Source: Candidatus Levybacteria bacterium RIFCSPHIGHO2_01_FULL_37_33
GTDB lineage: Bacteria; Patescibacteriota; Microgenomatia; Levybacterales; UBA12049
DNA length: 53,883 nt
NCBI GenBank assembly: GCA_001782085.1
Contig: MFNM01000014.1
Location: forward strand, 1 to 53,883
Direction of reading: 5' to 3'
Below are positions 28,161 to 36,282 of the stretch, in pieces. The notes under the pieces were generated by a model. That model did not search any database. It saw only the letters and a list, made by a program, of their open reading frames with translations, and was not told where the DNA came from. Numbering within the stretch: position 1 is the first letter of the stretch; each line of letters begins with the position of its first letter. Made by a program: the position numbers and the translations under genes.

Positions 28161-29228
28161 TTAAAAACCTTGTGTTTTTTTGGGAACAAGAGTTGGTTCA
28201 ACAACTACATCATCATTTTGAAAAAGTCCGCTTATAACTTCTGTCCTCGTATCACTTCCAAGACCTGTTTTTATTTTCTTTTCTGTATATCCTCTCTTTG
28301 TTTTTACAAACACCTTGCTATCCTCTGTAATACTTGATACTGGAATCGTAAGAACATTTTTTTTCTCCGAAGTTATAATTTGGGCATTCCCATTTATGCC
28401 CACCCTGTATTTATTATCCGGATTACCCGCAAGATTTGCATATACTGTAAAAGCGGTTCCTCCTGTTGAAGTTGTATGGGAAACAAAGTCTATTTTATTT
28501 ATTGTTAAATTTGATGTTTCATCCGGATAGGGATCAAGCACAGCTTTTACTTTTTGTCCCTGCCTAACCTTTCCAATATCTGCCTGGTCAACGTCCATTT
28601 TAAAAGTAAGCGAACTTAAGTCTGTAACTGTAAAAATGGTGGCCGAATACACGTTTACCCCTGTGGTTTCTACGTCTTCTCTTGTGACAATTCCTGAGAT
28701 CGGAGTTGTTAAAACAGAGTCTTGTTTTGCTAAATCTGCAAGCTCTACGGATTTTATCGCCCTATCAAGATCAAACTGATTATCTTCAAGGACCCGTTTT
28801 ATATCAATGCTCAGAGACTCTGCGGCTGTTCTGTTTTGATTTTTTTCAAGAGTCTGGTCGAATGTCAATCTTTGTTTTGAATAATCTATTAGGGCAATTT
28901 CTAAATTTTTCTGGACTGTTCGCTCATCTAATATTCCAATTGTCTGATTGGCATAAACGTAGTCTCCTTTTTTTACTCCCAAATAAACCAACTTTCCCGA
29001 AACCCTAAAACTTAAATTTGCAGTGCTGTTGGAGTCAATACTGCCTGTTATAGAAATTGTTTGAGAAATATTTTCTTTTCTTACTTTTTCTGTGGCAATC
29101 GGAGCCTGTTTTCCGGGTTTTAAGATAAATAGGATTACTATAAGTGTTAGTAAAATAACAAAAGAAATAATCTTGTGGTTTTTTGCAAATTGGATTGCAA
29201 AATTAAACCAATCTCTGAATCTTTTCAT
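28161..29228 (-). CDS. efflux membrane-fusion adaptor (MacA/HlyD family)
   Basis: TM, SGKLVYLGVKKGDYV, LTTPISGIV, VDQADIGKVRQGQ, NVLTIP, TEVISGL. Confidence 0.9.
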   Translation of the reverse strand: MKRFRDWFNFAIQFAKNHKIISFVILLTLIVILFILKPGKQAPIATEKVRKENISQTISITGSIDSNSTANLSFRVSGKLVYLGVKKGDYVYANQTIGILDERTVQKNLEIALIDYSKQRLTFDQTLEKNQNRTAAESLSIDIKRVLEDNQFDLDRAIKSVELADLAKQDSVLTTPISGIVTREDVETTGVNVYSATIFTVTDLSSLTFKMDVDQADIGKVRQGQKVKAVLDPYPDETSNLTINKIDFVSHTTSTGGTAFTVYANLAGNPDNKYRVGINGNAQIITSEKKNVLTIPVSSITEDSKVFVKTKRGYTEKKIKTGLGSDTRTEVISGLFQNDDVVVEPTLVPKKTQGF

Positions 29229-29241
29229 AATTTAAACAAGA

Positions 29242-29285
29242 ATTATACCACAAGATTAAAAATAAAGCTATAGGATAGAAGAAGA
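29242..29285. repeat. 44-bp direct repeat, copy 1, includes a minus-strand -10 box
   Basis: 40/44 identical to 29880-29923, with a 27-bp perfect core AAAATAAAGCTATAGGATAGAAGAAGA. Confidence 0.9.
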
Positions 29286-29288
29286 AGT

Positions 29289-29468
29289 TTAAAAAATACG
29301 CCTGTCTGTTTCATCGGTATGTGGTCTTAATAATGTAGCGCTTCCAGTATCGCTAACTCCCCCCGTACTTCTCACGCTTCCCGACGCTAACTCACCGGTT
29401 TTTCTACTTCTCTTCAGATGTTTTTTTGTATCTCCATAATTTTGAAAACCTGATTCCAGAGTAGTCAT
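29289..29468 (-). CDS. 59-aa hypothetical protein, below the ORF-track cutoff
   Basis: MTTLESGFQNYGDTKKHL...RRIF; ATGA overlap with the upstream stop; ends 3 nt before the repeat. Confidence 0.4.
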   Translation of the reverse strand: MTTLESGFQNYGDTKKHLKRSRKTGELASGSVRSTGGVSDTGSATLLRPHTDETDRRIF

Positions 29469-29872
29469 GGAGCGTTCAAATACGCTCCGATTGGAGTAAA
29501 TAAATCAGGCAGATAAATTCTGAATTCTTCACTAATCCCTTCAGCGAGCTGTCTTAAGAGAATAGCTTCTTCTGTTTCTTCCACTCCTTCTTCTTCATCG
29601 TATTTAGCATTGCCTCTAAAAGTAGCCAATGTGTTAAATTTCCACGTTCCAATTTCGATTCTGTTAGCGTACCACCGTCCTCTGTTTCTTTTTTCTACTA
29701 CACAAAGGATAGAGGTCATACCAGTAATTATTTTTTCTTGTACGGGTTGGGCTAGATCTAGGAAAATTTTTGTGGCTTGTGCCAAGCTTTCCACAGCATC
29801 ATGAACATATTGTGAGTTGTCAACGGGATGTCTCGGTTCATCTCCATTTGATATTCTTGATTTTTCTACCAT
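29465..29872 (-). CDS. hypothetical protein
   Basis: 135-aa ORF with TATAAT 7 nt before the ATG; no family recognised. Confidence 0.65.
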   Translation of the reverse strand: MVEKSRISNGDEPRHPVDNSQYVHDAVESLAQATKIFLDLAQPVQEKIITGMTSILCVVEKRNRGRWYANRIEIGTWKFNTLATFRGNAKYDEEEGVEETEEAILLRQLAEGISEEFRIYLPDLFTPIGAYLNAP

Positions 29873-29879
29873 GTTGGAG

Positions 29880-29923
29880 ATTATATCAAAAGATCCAAAA
29901 TAAAGCTATAGGATAGAAGAAGA
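29880..29923. repeat. 44-bp direct repeat, copy 2
   Basis: Matches 29242-29285. Confidence 0.9.
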
Positions 29924-29966
29924 TCTTATAATTTTTTAAAGTGCGAGTAGTAGTTAAAACGTTAAC

Positions 29967-30218
29967 TTAAATGAGCGATCTTTTAAGAAGTGTTTTTATG
30001 CTTTTGAATCCCCAGCCACTCTTTAGATAAACTTCACGATGTTTTGCATCGATTCTATTTAAGAAAGCCTCATAGAAAATTAATTTGTATGGTCTTTTGA
30101 GTTTGGTTGATTTGGATAAACCATTGTTATGTTCAAGGATTCTTTTCTTTAAGTCTGTTGTGTAGCCTATGTATAAACTATTGTCTTTGAGGCTCTTTAA
30201 GATATAAACGTAGTACAT
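29967..30218 (-). CDS. small GIY-YIG nuclease
   Basis: YYVYILKS...LYIGYT.DLKKR..EHN.G...T...RP.KLIFYE......A..RE.YLK. Confidence 0.93.
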   Translation of the reverse strand: MYYVYILKSLKDNSLYIGYTTDLKKRILEHNNGLSKSTKLKRPYKLIFYEAFLNRIDAKHREVYLKSGWGFKSIKTLLKRSLI

Positions 30219-30235
30219 GAAAGGAAATTGTACAT

Positions 30236-30307
30236 TGCGAGACGTACAAAATTAAGAATTTTTACGTCTCTGCAGCGTTTAAATTACGAAGTAATTTATT
30301 ACGCTGC
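30236..30307 (-). repeat. twin-hairpin element at a tRNA 3' end, copy 2 (upstream of GIY-YIG)
   Basis: Minus strand GCAGCGT...ACGCTGC, then GAGACGT...ACGTCTC, then GCA; 17 nt to the GIY-YIG ATG. Confidence 0.75.
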
Positions 30308-30378
30308 GCCTCTGAGAGGAATCGAACCCCCATCAACGGTTCCGAAGACCGTTGCTCTATCCGTTGAGCTACAGAGGC
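30307..30378 (-). tRNA. tRNA-Arg(TCG)
   Basis: Acceptor GCCTCTG/CAGAGGC, anticodon arm ACGGT-CTTCGGA-ACCGT, GGTTCGATTCC; CCA not fully encoded. Confidence 0.93.
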
Positions 30379-30439
30379 AATCTTGTTATGACAAACCTCT
30401 TATAGTATACTAAATCAGCGCTTTTTTATAAAGCGGACG

Positions 30440-30500
30440 GGGCCGCTAGCTCAACTGGCAGAGCATCCCGACTCGTCGGGACGGTTCGGGTTTCAAACTC
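30440..30500 (+). pseudogene. tRNA-like leader (pseudo-tRNA) fused to the GIY-YIG start codon
   Basis: GGGCCGCTAGCTCAACTGGCAGAGCA mirrors the tRNA-Lys 5' end. The anticodon arm is replaced by TCCCGACTCGTCGGGA and there is no 3' acceptor strand. Confidence 0.75.
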
Positions 30501-30752
30501 ATGTTTTATGCCTACATTTTACAGAGTCAAGCGAATGGAGTATATTACATAGGGCAAACACGTACTCTGGATGCTAGAATACATAAGCATAATTTTGGTC
30601 AAACTAAATCATATACACAGCTGGGACGGCCTTGGATTTTAGTTCATTCCGAAGAATATCAAACAAGAGCAGAAGCTTTAAAAAGAGAAAATTATCTTAA
30701 GCGCGTAAAGAATAAAAGATTTTTAGAAAAGATAATCAAACAGGGCCCGTAG
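30501..30752 (+). CDS. small GIY-YIG nuclease
   Basis: FYAYILQS...YYIGQT..L..R..KHN.G....T...RPW.LV.SE......A..RE.YLK; the stop lies inside tRNA-Lys. Confidence 0.93.
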   Translation: MFYAYILQSQANGVYYIGQTRTLDARIHKHNFGQTKSYTQLGRPWILVHSEEYQTRAEALKRENYLKRVKNKRFLEKIIKQGP

Positions 30753-30815
30753 CTCAATTGGCAGAGCAATTCCCTCTTAAGGAATCGGTTGAGCGTTCGA
30801 CTCGCTCCGGGCTCA
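30743..30815 (+). tRNA. tRNA-Lys(CTT)
   Basis: Acceptor GGGCCCG/CGGGCTC, anticodon arm ATTCC-CTCTTAA-GGAAT, T arm GAGCG-TTCGACT-CGCTC. Confidence 0.93.
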
Positions 30816-30872
30816 CTCGAAGCTAAAAGATTTTTGTTTGAAAATTAAATAGCAAAGAGACTTCTTAAACTT

Positions 30873-31640
30873 TTATGATGCATTAATTATCTGAAGCATT
30901 TCTTGGTGAAGTAAACCGTTTGTAGCAAGTGATGTTCCTCCAAGTGCAAATTCATCACCTTCAAAGTTAGAGTATTTGCCTCCAGCTTGTTTAATAATTA
31001 TTTGGAAAGCTGAAATATCCCATGCTTTCGGTCCAAATTCAAAAAAAATATCTGCTTTACCAGTGGCAACAAGATGATAACCATAAGTATCACCAAAACC
31101 TCTCATATTCAACACTTTTTTATCAATAGCTTTTACTATATTTACAACTTTTGGATTATCGAATTTGCTTGGATTGAAATTCACGAAACTGTTTTCGAGT
31201 TCTTTTATTTTAGAAACATGGACTAGTTTATCATTGAGCGTAGTCTTTTCGGTTTCTGAAGCATAAAGTAATTCTCCAACTGCTGGCATATTAGAAATGC
31301 CAAGTACTATTTTCCCCTGATGTCTCAAACCAAGTACAGTTCCAAAAAAGTTTAACCCATGAATGAAGTTTTTAGTGCCATCAATAGGGTCAATAATCCA
31401 TACAAATTCAGCATTATCGTTATCAGTACCAAACTCCTCTCCCAAAAAACCATGCGATGGAAATGCTTTCTTAACTGTAGAAACAATTATTTCTTCGGCT
31501 TCTTGGTCAGCTTTGGTAACAGGCGTATTGTCAATTTTTGTTTCTATTTTGGGCAAATTGCGAAAATAATACAGAATTCTTTCCTCCGCTTTTTTAACAG
31601 CATCTAGTGCAACTTTTTTGAATTCAGTCAGGTCAGTCAT
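30873..31640 (-). CDS. inositol monophosphatase family protein (HisN/SuhB-like)
   Basis: PVTKADQEAE, FLGEE, WIIDPIDGTKNFIHG, AWDISA...EAGG-like (QAGG). Confidence 0.92.
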   Translation of the reverse strand: MTDLTEFKKVALDAVKKAEERILYYFRNLPKIETKIDNTPVTKADQEAEEIIVSTVKKAFPSHGFLGEEFGTDNDNAEFVWIIDPIDGTKNFIHGLNFFGTVLGLRHQGKIVLGISNMPAVGELLYASETEKTTLNDKLVHVSKIKELENSFVNFNPSKFDNPKVVNIVKAIDKKVLNMRGFGDTYGYHLVATGKADIFFEFGPKAWDISAFQIIIKQAGGKYSNFEGDEFALGGTSLATNGLLHQEMLQIINAS

Positions 31641-31760
31641 CTCTCCAATTGTATCAAATATTTGCTGAATAATTTCAGGTCAATCTTACGGAGGAATGGC
31701 TCGCATTATAAATGGACGAGGGTAGTGGGGATATTTCACCACGTCAAACATGATTTCACC

Positions 31761-31784
31761 GTTCGGCTGAGCTCACGGCCGAAG
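31761..31784. repeat. REP-like palindrome
   Basis: GTTCGGCTGAGCTCACGGCCGAAG, related to the CTGAGC..CCGAAG family. Confidence 0.7.
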
Positions 31785-31843
31785 CTTTTCAGGTATCCAT
31801 TCTTGGCTTGGTTTTGTCACTACGGTCTCTGTTAAAAAACCTA

Positions 31844-31872
31844 TTGACATTTTTAGTGTTGTTTGGTACTAT
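31844..31872 (+). promoter_or_regulatory. sigma70 promoter of the HTH/PIN pair (leaderless)
   Basis: TTGACA-17-TACTAT with an extended TG; the ATG is 6 nt downstream. Confidence 0.75.
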
Positions 31873-31878
31873 ATAGTC

Positions 31879-32145
31879 ATGTTTAGTACAATTTCAGATA
31901 CAAAAGCGTATACTCCTGAACAAGTTGCTAAAATGCTCCAATTAAGCAAAAATACCATCTATGAACTCATCAATCGAGGAGAAATTATAGCGAAGAAATT
32001 AGGGAAGGTTTATAGAATCCCTTCCAGTTCTATATCTTTTTTGTTTACGGGTCTTGACAGTGATTTATATCTTGCGCAGGAAAACGATAAAAAAAACCTT
32101 CCACGCATTGAAGATGAACTAAAAAAAATCCGCAAGCGCCTATAA
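31879..32145 (+). CDS. excisionase-like helix-turn-helix protein (putative antitoxin)
   Basis: YTPEQVAKMLQLSKNTIYELINRGEI.A.KLG.VYRI. Confidence 0.85.
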   Translation: MFSTISDTKAYTPEQVAKMLQLSKNTIYELINRGEIIAKKLGKVYRIPSSSISFLFTGLDSDLYLAQENDKKNLPRIEDELKKIRKRL

Positions 32146-32151
32146 TTTTCT

Positions 32152-32571
32152 ATGCGAATTTTTGTTGATTCGGATGTGGTAGTTTCTTCTTTTCTATCGC
32201 AGTTGGGAGCAGCGCATTTTTTACTAAGTATCACTTCTATTCAAATCTTTATCTCTTCATTATCAAAGAAAGGACTGGAGACAGTTATTAAAAGATTAGG
32301 CATAGGAAGTGATATGTTAACAACGCTTATTAAAAACAATCTTGAGGTTGCCATACTCTCAGAATCACTATCTGAAATAAAAGAATCTTTTAAGCAGTAT
32401 GTTCTGGATGAAAATGATGCGCATATACTGGCAGGCGCCAAAGCGGCAAAAGCAAATTTTTTAATCACCTATAACGTTAAAGATTTTAAGATTGAGAAAA
32501 TAAAACAGGATTTAGGTATACTTGCATTAACGCCCGGAAACTTTCTCCAGTATCTTCGTAGTATTGAGTAA
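32152..32571 (+). CDS. PIN domain protein (putative toxin)
   Basis: MRIFVDSDVV, DENDAHILAGA, LITYNVKDF, LTPGNF. Confidence 0.88.
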   Translation: MRIFVDSDVVVSSFLSQLGAAHFLLSITSIQIFISSLSKKGLETVIKRLGIGSDMLTTLIKNNLEVAILSESLSEIKESFKQYVLDENDAHILAGAKAAKANFLITYNVKDFKIEKIKQDLGILALTPGNFLQYLRSIE

Positions 32572-32611
32572 TCGATTCTATAGCGATTGTAGCGATTACA
32601 TTTATAACTCT

Positions 32612-34054
32612 TTATAGCTCTCCATCTATTAACTTCTGGTAAAGATTTAAATATTCGTGTGCGCTTTTGTCCCAGGAAAAATCCATTTTAATAGCGTTTT
32701 CAACCATTGTTTTGTATCGGTTTCTATCTTGTAACCAAATCCCAATAGCTCTATTTAAAGAATATTCCAAGGAGGTAGAGGAGTACTTATTAAAAAGATA
32801 ACCGGTTTCACCGTCTTTTATAGAATCACGAAGACCGCCGGTCGCATGGGCAATTGGTAGTGTTCCAAAAAACATGGCAACCATCTGTACCAAACCGCAT
32901 GGTTCAAATTTGGAAGGGATGAGAACAAAATCTGATCCGGCATAAATCTGATGAGCCAAAACTTCGTCAAAAATGAAATTGCAGGAAATATTTTTGGGAT
33001 AAAATTTGGCAAGCCATTGAAATCTTTCTTCCCAATGCGGGTCGCCTGAGCCTAAAATGACAAATTCACATTTTTCTAAATTGATTCGCAGTAGCATTTT
33101 GTGGATAATATCGACCCCTTTTTGATATGGATCGAACCTGCCAATAAAAGAAACCAAGGGTATTCCATGATCTACTTTTAATCCAAGTTTTTTTTGCAAG
33201 TATAGTTTATTTAACTTTTTCCCTTCCTCCCATGAGTAAACTTTCAATCCGTTATTTTTTGCAATGTTTTCCTTTGTCAACAAATATGGATATCTGACCA
33301 TTCTATTGGCCATCACATGGTGCCAATTGTTATCAATTCCGTTGAGTATGCCAAAGATCCTTCCCTCTTTTCCTAAAAGGACATCTTCCAAACCGGATCC
33401 GTACTCTTCTGTTAAGATTTCTCTGGCATATGTTGGGGAAACTGTGGTTATTACATCTGCGTGTATTATGCCTTCCATCAAGAAATTCACTTTTCTTGAC
33501 TTTATCTCCCAGTGCAAAACCGCACATTTGGAAGTTTCTATTTCTAATTTATCCAAAACGTCAATACCTGTTCTTCCCTGGTGGGAAAGATTATGGATGG
33601 TTAAAAGTGTCCTGATTTGAACTTTTTTTTCTTTTAAAAGGAGCGGAACTAAGCTTGTATGGACATCATTGCAGTGAATTATATCCGGAGCCCAGGAGAG
33701 AATATTACTTTTTATAATCTCTGCAATAGCCAAAGAGAAAAAAGCGAAAGTGTCTGGAAATTTAGCAATATCCAGATATTTTTTATTTTTAATAAGATAA
33801 ACCGGTATTTTGCTTATTGGATGTTCCACTTTATAAATTTCTACATCTCTGTTTTTATTATCGTAAAAACATCTGATTTCACCTACCATAACTCTTCTCT
33901 GCCTGCCCAGCTTCAGAACTTTATAATACGGCAGGACGATTCTAATATCTACCCCTTTTTCTTTTAAAGCGGCAGGAAATGACCTGGCTACATCGCCCAA
34001 ACCTCCTACTTTGAAAAAGGGATCAAGTTCCCAAACAGCAAATAGAATTTTCAT
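32612..34054 (-). CDS. glgA: glycogen/starch synthase (GT5)
   Basis: KVGGLGDV, IIHCNDVHT, TIHNL, TVSPTYAREI, GILNGID, PSKFEPCGLVQM, TGGLRDSI. Confidence 0.93.
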   Translation of the reverse strand: MKILFAVWELDPFFKVGGLGDVARSFPAALKEKGVDIRIVLPYYKVLKLGRQRRVMVGEIRCFYDNKNRDVEIYKVEHPISKIPVYLIKNKKYLDIAKFPDTFAFFSLAIAEIIKSNILSWAPDIIHCNDVHTSLVPLLLKEKKVQIRTLLTIHNLSHQGRTGIDVLDKLEIETSKCAVLHWEIKSRKVNFLMEGIIHADVITTVSPTYAREILTEEYGSGLEDVLLGKEGRIFGILNGIDNNWHHVMANRMVRYPYLLTKENIAKNNGLKVYSWEEGKKLNKLYLQKKLGLKVDHGIPLVSFIGRFDPYQKGVDIIHKMLLRINLEKCEFVILGSGDPHWEERFQWLAKFYPKNISCNFIFDEVLAHQIYAGSDFVLIPSKFEPCGLVQMVAMFFGTLPIAHATGGLRDSIKDGETGYLFNKYSSTSLEYSLNRAIGIWLQDRNRYKTMVENAIKMDFSWDKSAHEYLNLYQKLIDGEL

Positions 34055-34061
34055 AACAAGA

Positions 34062-34181
34062 TTATTTTATTTTATCATACTCTGGACTCAAAAACTTTCC
34101 TAGATTAAAAGATGTGCGGTGGATGTCAGAGAGGCCATAAGTCTTTAGAGCGGTTTGGTGAAATTTTGTTCCGTATCCTTT
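34062..34181 (-). pseudogene. orphan duplicate of the rnhB 3' end
   Basis: Translates to [39 protein letters not shown], 25/31 aa identical to the RnhB C-terminus. Confidence 0.9.
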
Positions 34182-34232
34182 AAATTATAAAAATAAAGAT
34201 ATGTAAGAGTTTTAAAATAAATATTGTATGAA

Positions 34233-35384
34233 TTATGATTTTGGGGTTAGACACTCTTCGTAATAAGAAAGTATCTGCTTGCCAACATATTTCCAGTCGA
34301 AAAGTCTTGCCTTTGCTTGTCCGGCATCTGCCATTCTACGACGTAGCTCCTCGTCTTCCATAAGAAGCGCAATTTCCCTTGCAAAAAGATCGGTATCTTG
34401 TGGTTTAACTAAAATTCCTTCGTTTCTAGTCCCAATTACCTGTCGGTATCCTTCATTATTCCCCGCGATTACAGGAGCTCGGGATGCCATCGCTTCTAAA
34501 AGCACTATCCCAAAGCTCTCCCCTTTATATGCAGGAGAACAGTAAATTCCATTTGCACGTGCGGTTGCATAATATGCGGGGACGTCGTAATTTGGCACTC
34601 TTCCTTCGAAGTGAACATCTCGTATTCCTTCTTTCTCTACGTAATTCTGATACTCTTTTTTAAGCTGCCCATCCCCGACTACTATTAAACGAGGCCTATC
34701 TGTTTGACTTCTTATCTTCTGATAAGCCTTCAGTAAGAATCCTAAGCCTTTTCTGTCCTCCAGTCTTCCGATAAAAACAATATTAAATTTTCCGTCCAGA
34801 TATCTCTTAATGGGTTCTGTCTGAGGATTAAACCTTTCTGTATTGATTCCGTTTGGAATAACTCTATAATCACCCGGGTAGTACGCCGAGAACATATCTT
34901 TACAAGCTTGAGAAACAACAATTTTTCCCAAAAGTTTCCTGCCCAAAGCAATTCCAATTGGTCTCCATAAATTATAAATCCATCGCCTATTATATTGAGC
35001 ATGGAATGTTGCAAAATTGCTTGAGTCGGATTGTGCAAGAAACTGAAGAGACGGAACAGATATCTCCGGAGAGTGAAGATGAACTATATCCGGATTAAAT
35101 CTTTTATGAACCCTTCTTAGTTCAAATGGATTTACCGGAAGAATGGCCGTATGGACTATAGTCCCCTGAAAATTGATACGTCTTGCTTTACCTAGATAAA
35201 TTACCCCTTCTTCACTCTGATCTTGGGAGTTTCTGGGCGCAAGAATAAGGACATTATGTCCTTGACTTTGAAGAAATCTTCTGTAATCACGGATATGGTT
35301 TTGAACTCCCCCTTCCATATTCATGGCATGAGCAGATACAAGAGTAATATTTAAAGGAGCTTCTCCAAACCTTATCTCTTTCAT
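34233..35384 (-). CDS. glycosyltransferase family 4 (PimA-like)
   Basis: GGVQNH, PDIVHLH, ATFH, VIPNGI, FIGRLEDRKG, GESFGIVLLEAMAS. Confidence 0.9.
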   Translation of the reverse strand: MKEIRFGEAPLNITLVSAHAMNMEGGVQNHIRDYRRFLQSQGHNVLILAPRNSQDQSEEGVIYLGKARRINFQGTIVHTAILPVNPFELRRVHKRFNPDIVHLHSPEISVPSLQFLAQSDSSNFATFHAQYNRRWIYNLWRPIGIALGRKLLGKIVVSQACKDMFSAYYPGDYRVIPNGINTERFNPQTEPIKRYLDGKFNIVFIGRLEDRKGLGFLLKAYQKIRSQTDRPRLIVVGDGQLKKEYQNYVEKEGIRDVHFEGRVPNYDVPAYYATARANGIYCSPAYKGESFGIVLLEAMASRAPVIAGNNEGYRQVIGTRNEGILVKPQDTDLFAREIALLMEDEELRRRMADAGQAKARLFDWKYVGKQILSYYEECLTPKS

Positions 35385-35482
35385 TATTTAGCTAGAAATA
35401 ATAGCACAATGGGAGCTGAATTTCAAACAGTAATCTTACCAGAGAAGATCGATGGGTAAGAAATTAGTAATTGAAGTTTTAT

Positions 35483-36151
35483 TTAGAGAAACTTTCCTAA
35501 GTTAAAAGATGTTCGGTGGATTTTGGAAAGTCCGTGTTTGGCAAGTGCATCTCTATGAAATTTTGTCCCATAGCCTTTGTTTCTTACAAATCCGTATCCC
35601 GGATATTTTCTGTTGAGTTTTCTCATTAATTTGTCTCTATAGACTTTTGCAATTATGGATGCGGCGGCAATAGATATGCTTTTCCTGTCCCCTTTTATAA
35701 TTGCTTTTTGATTCACAAGCCCAATCCCGCGAATATAGCGGATATGGAAACCATCTGCTAAAACGAAAATAGGCGGTTTACTTTTATTTATTTCTAATAT
35801 TTGCCAGAGCACTATTTTTACAACTTTTCTAATTGCCATTTGAGTAGCTTTTCCTATTCCGAATTTATTTATGGCGGGAAGCCCGATTGTAGATGTTGCA
35901 TATAACAGTGAATGTTTTATTATTTCTTTTGAAAGCACTTCTCTTTTTCTGGGATTTAAAAGCTTTGAGTCATTAATTTCTCTAAGGATACTCCTTGTAC
36001 GAGGCTGACAAGGAGTATCCTTGCTGAAAACTACAGCTCCTGCAACAACCGGTCCTGCAAAGCTTCCCCTTCCTACCTCATCCACTCCTATTACAAATTC
36101 ACAGCCTTTTTCCCAAATCTTTATTTCCTCTTTGAAGCTTGGCTTTTTCAT
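35483..36151 (-). CDS. rnhB: ribonuclease HII
   Basis: IGVDEVGRGSFAGPVVA, NDSK, LADG, IIKGD, SIAAASIIAKVYRD, KGYGT, HRTSF. ATG 36151 follows TATAAT. Confidence 0.95.
   Translation of the reverse strand: MKKPSFKEEIKIWEKGCEFVIGVDEVGRGSFAGPVVAGAVVFSKDTPCQPRTRSILREINDSKLLNPRKREVLSKEIIKHSLLYATSTIGLPAINKFGIGKATQMAIRKVVKIVLWQILEINKSKPPIFVLADGFHIRYIRGIGLVNQKAIIKGDRKSISIAAASIIAKVYRDKLMRKLNRKYPGYGFVRNKGYGTKFHRDALAKHGLSKIHRTSFNLGKFL
35984..36023. repeat. REPIN-like doublet of the RAYT 2 family inside the rnhB coding sequence
   Basis: AAGGATACTCCTTG-11 nt-CAAGGAGTATCCTTG, read as KDTPCQPRTRSIL. Confidence 0.9.
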
Positions 36152-36282
36152 ACAATTATTATACAATTTTATCAAGCACATTATGTAACTAATGTATATT
36201 GAGCACGTACTCAGTGGTTGTTTATCGAAGATATTTAAATTAATTTTTTTAAAACGTGCTTGATTTATTTACTATAGAAAGT

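Noticed and set aside
30440..30815. Group I intron or split tRNA containing the GIY-YIG ORF
   Set aside because: No room for a ribozyme core, the downstream tRNA-Lys is complete by itself, and the upstream GGGCCGC pairs poorly with the 3' acceptor strand.
32571..32600. Short AGCGATT repeats between the PIN gene and glgA
   Set aside because: Only 2-3 degenerate units; too little to interpret.
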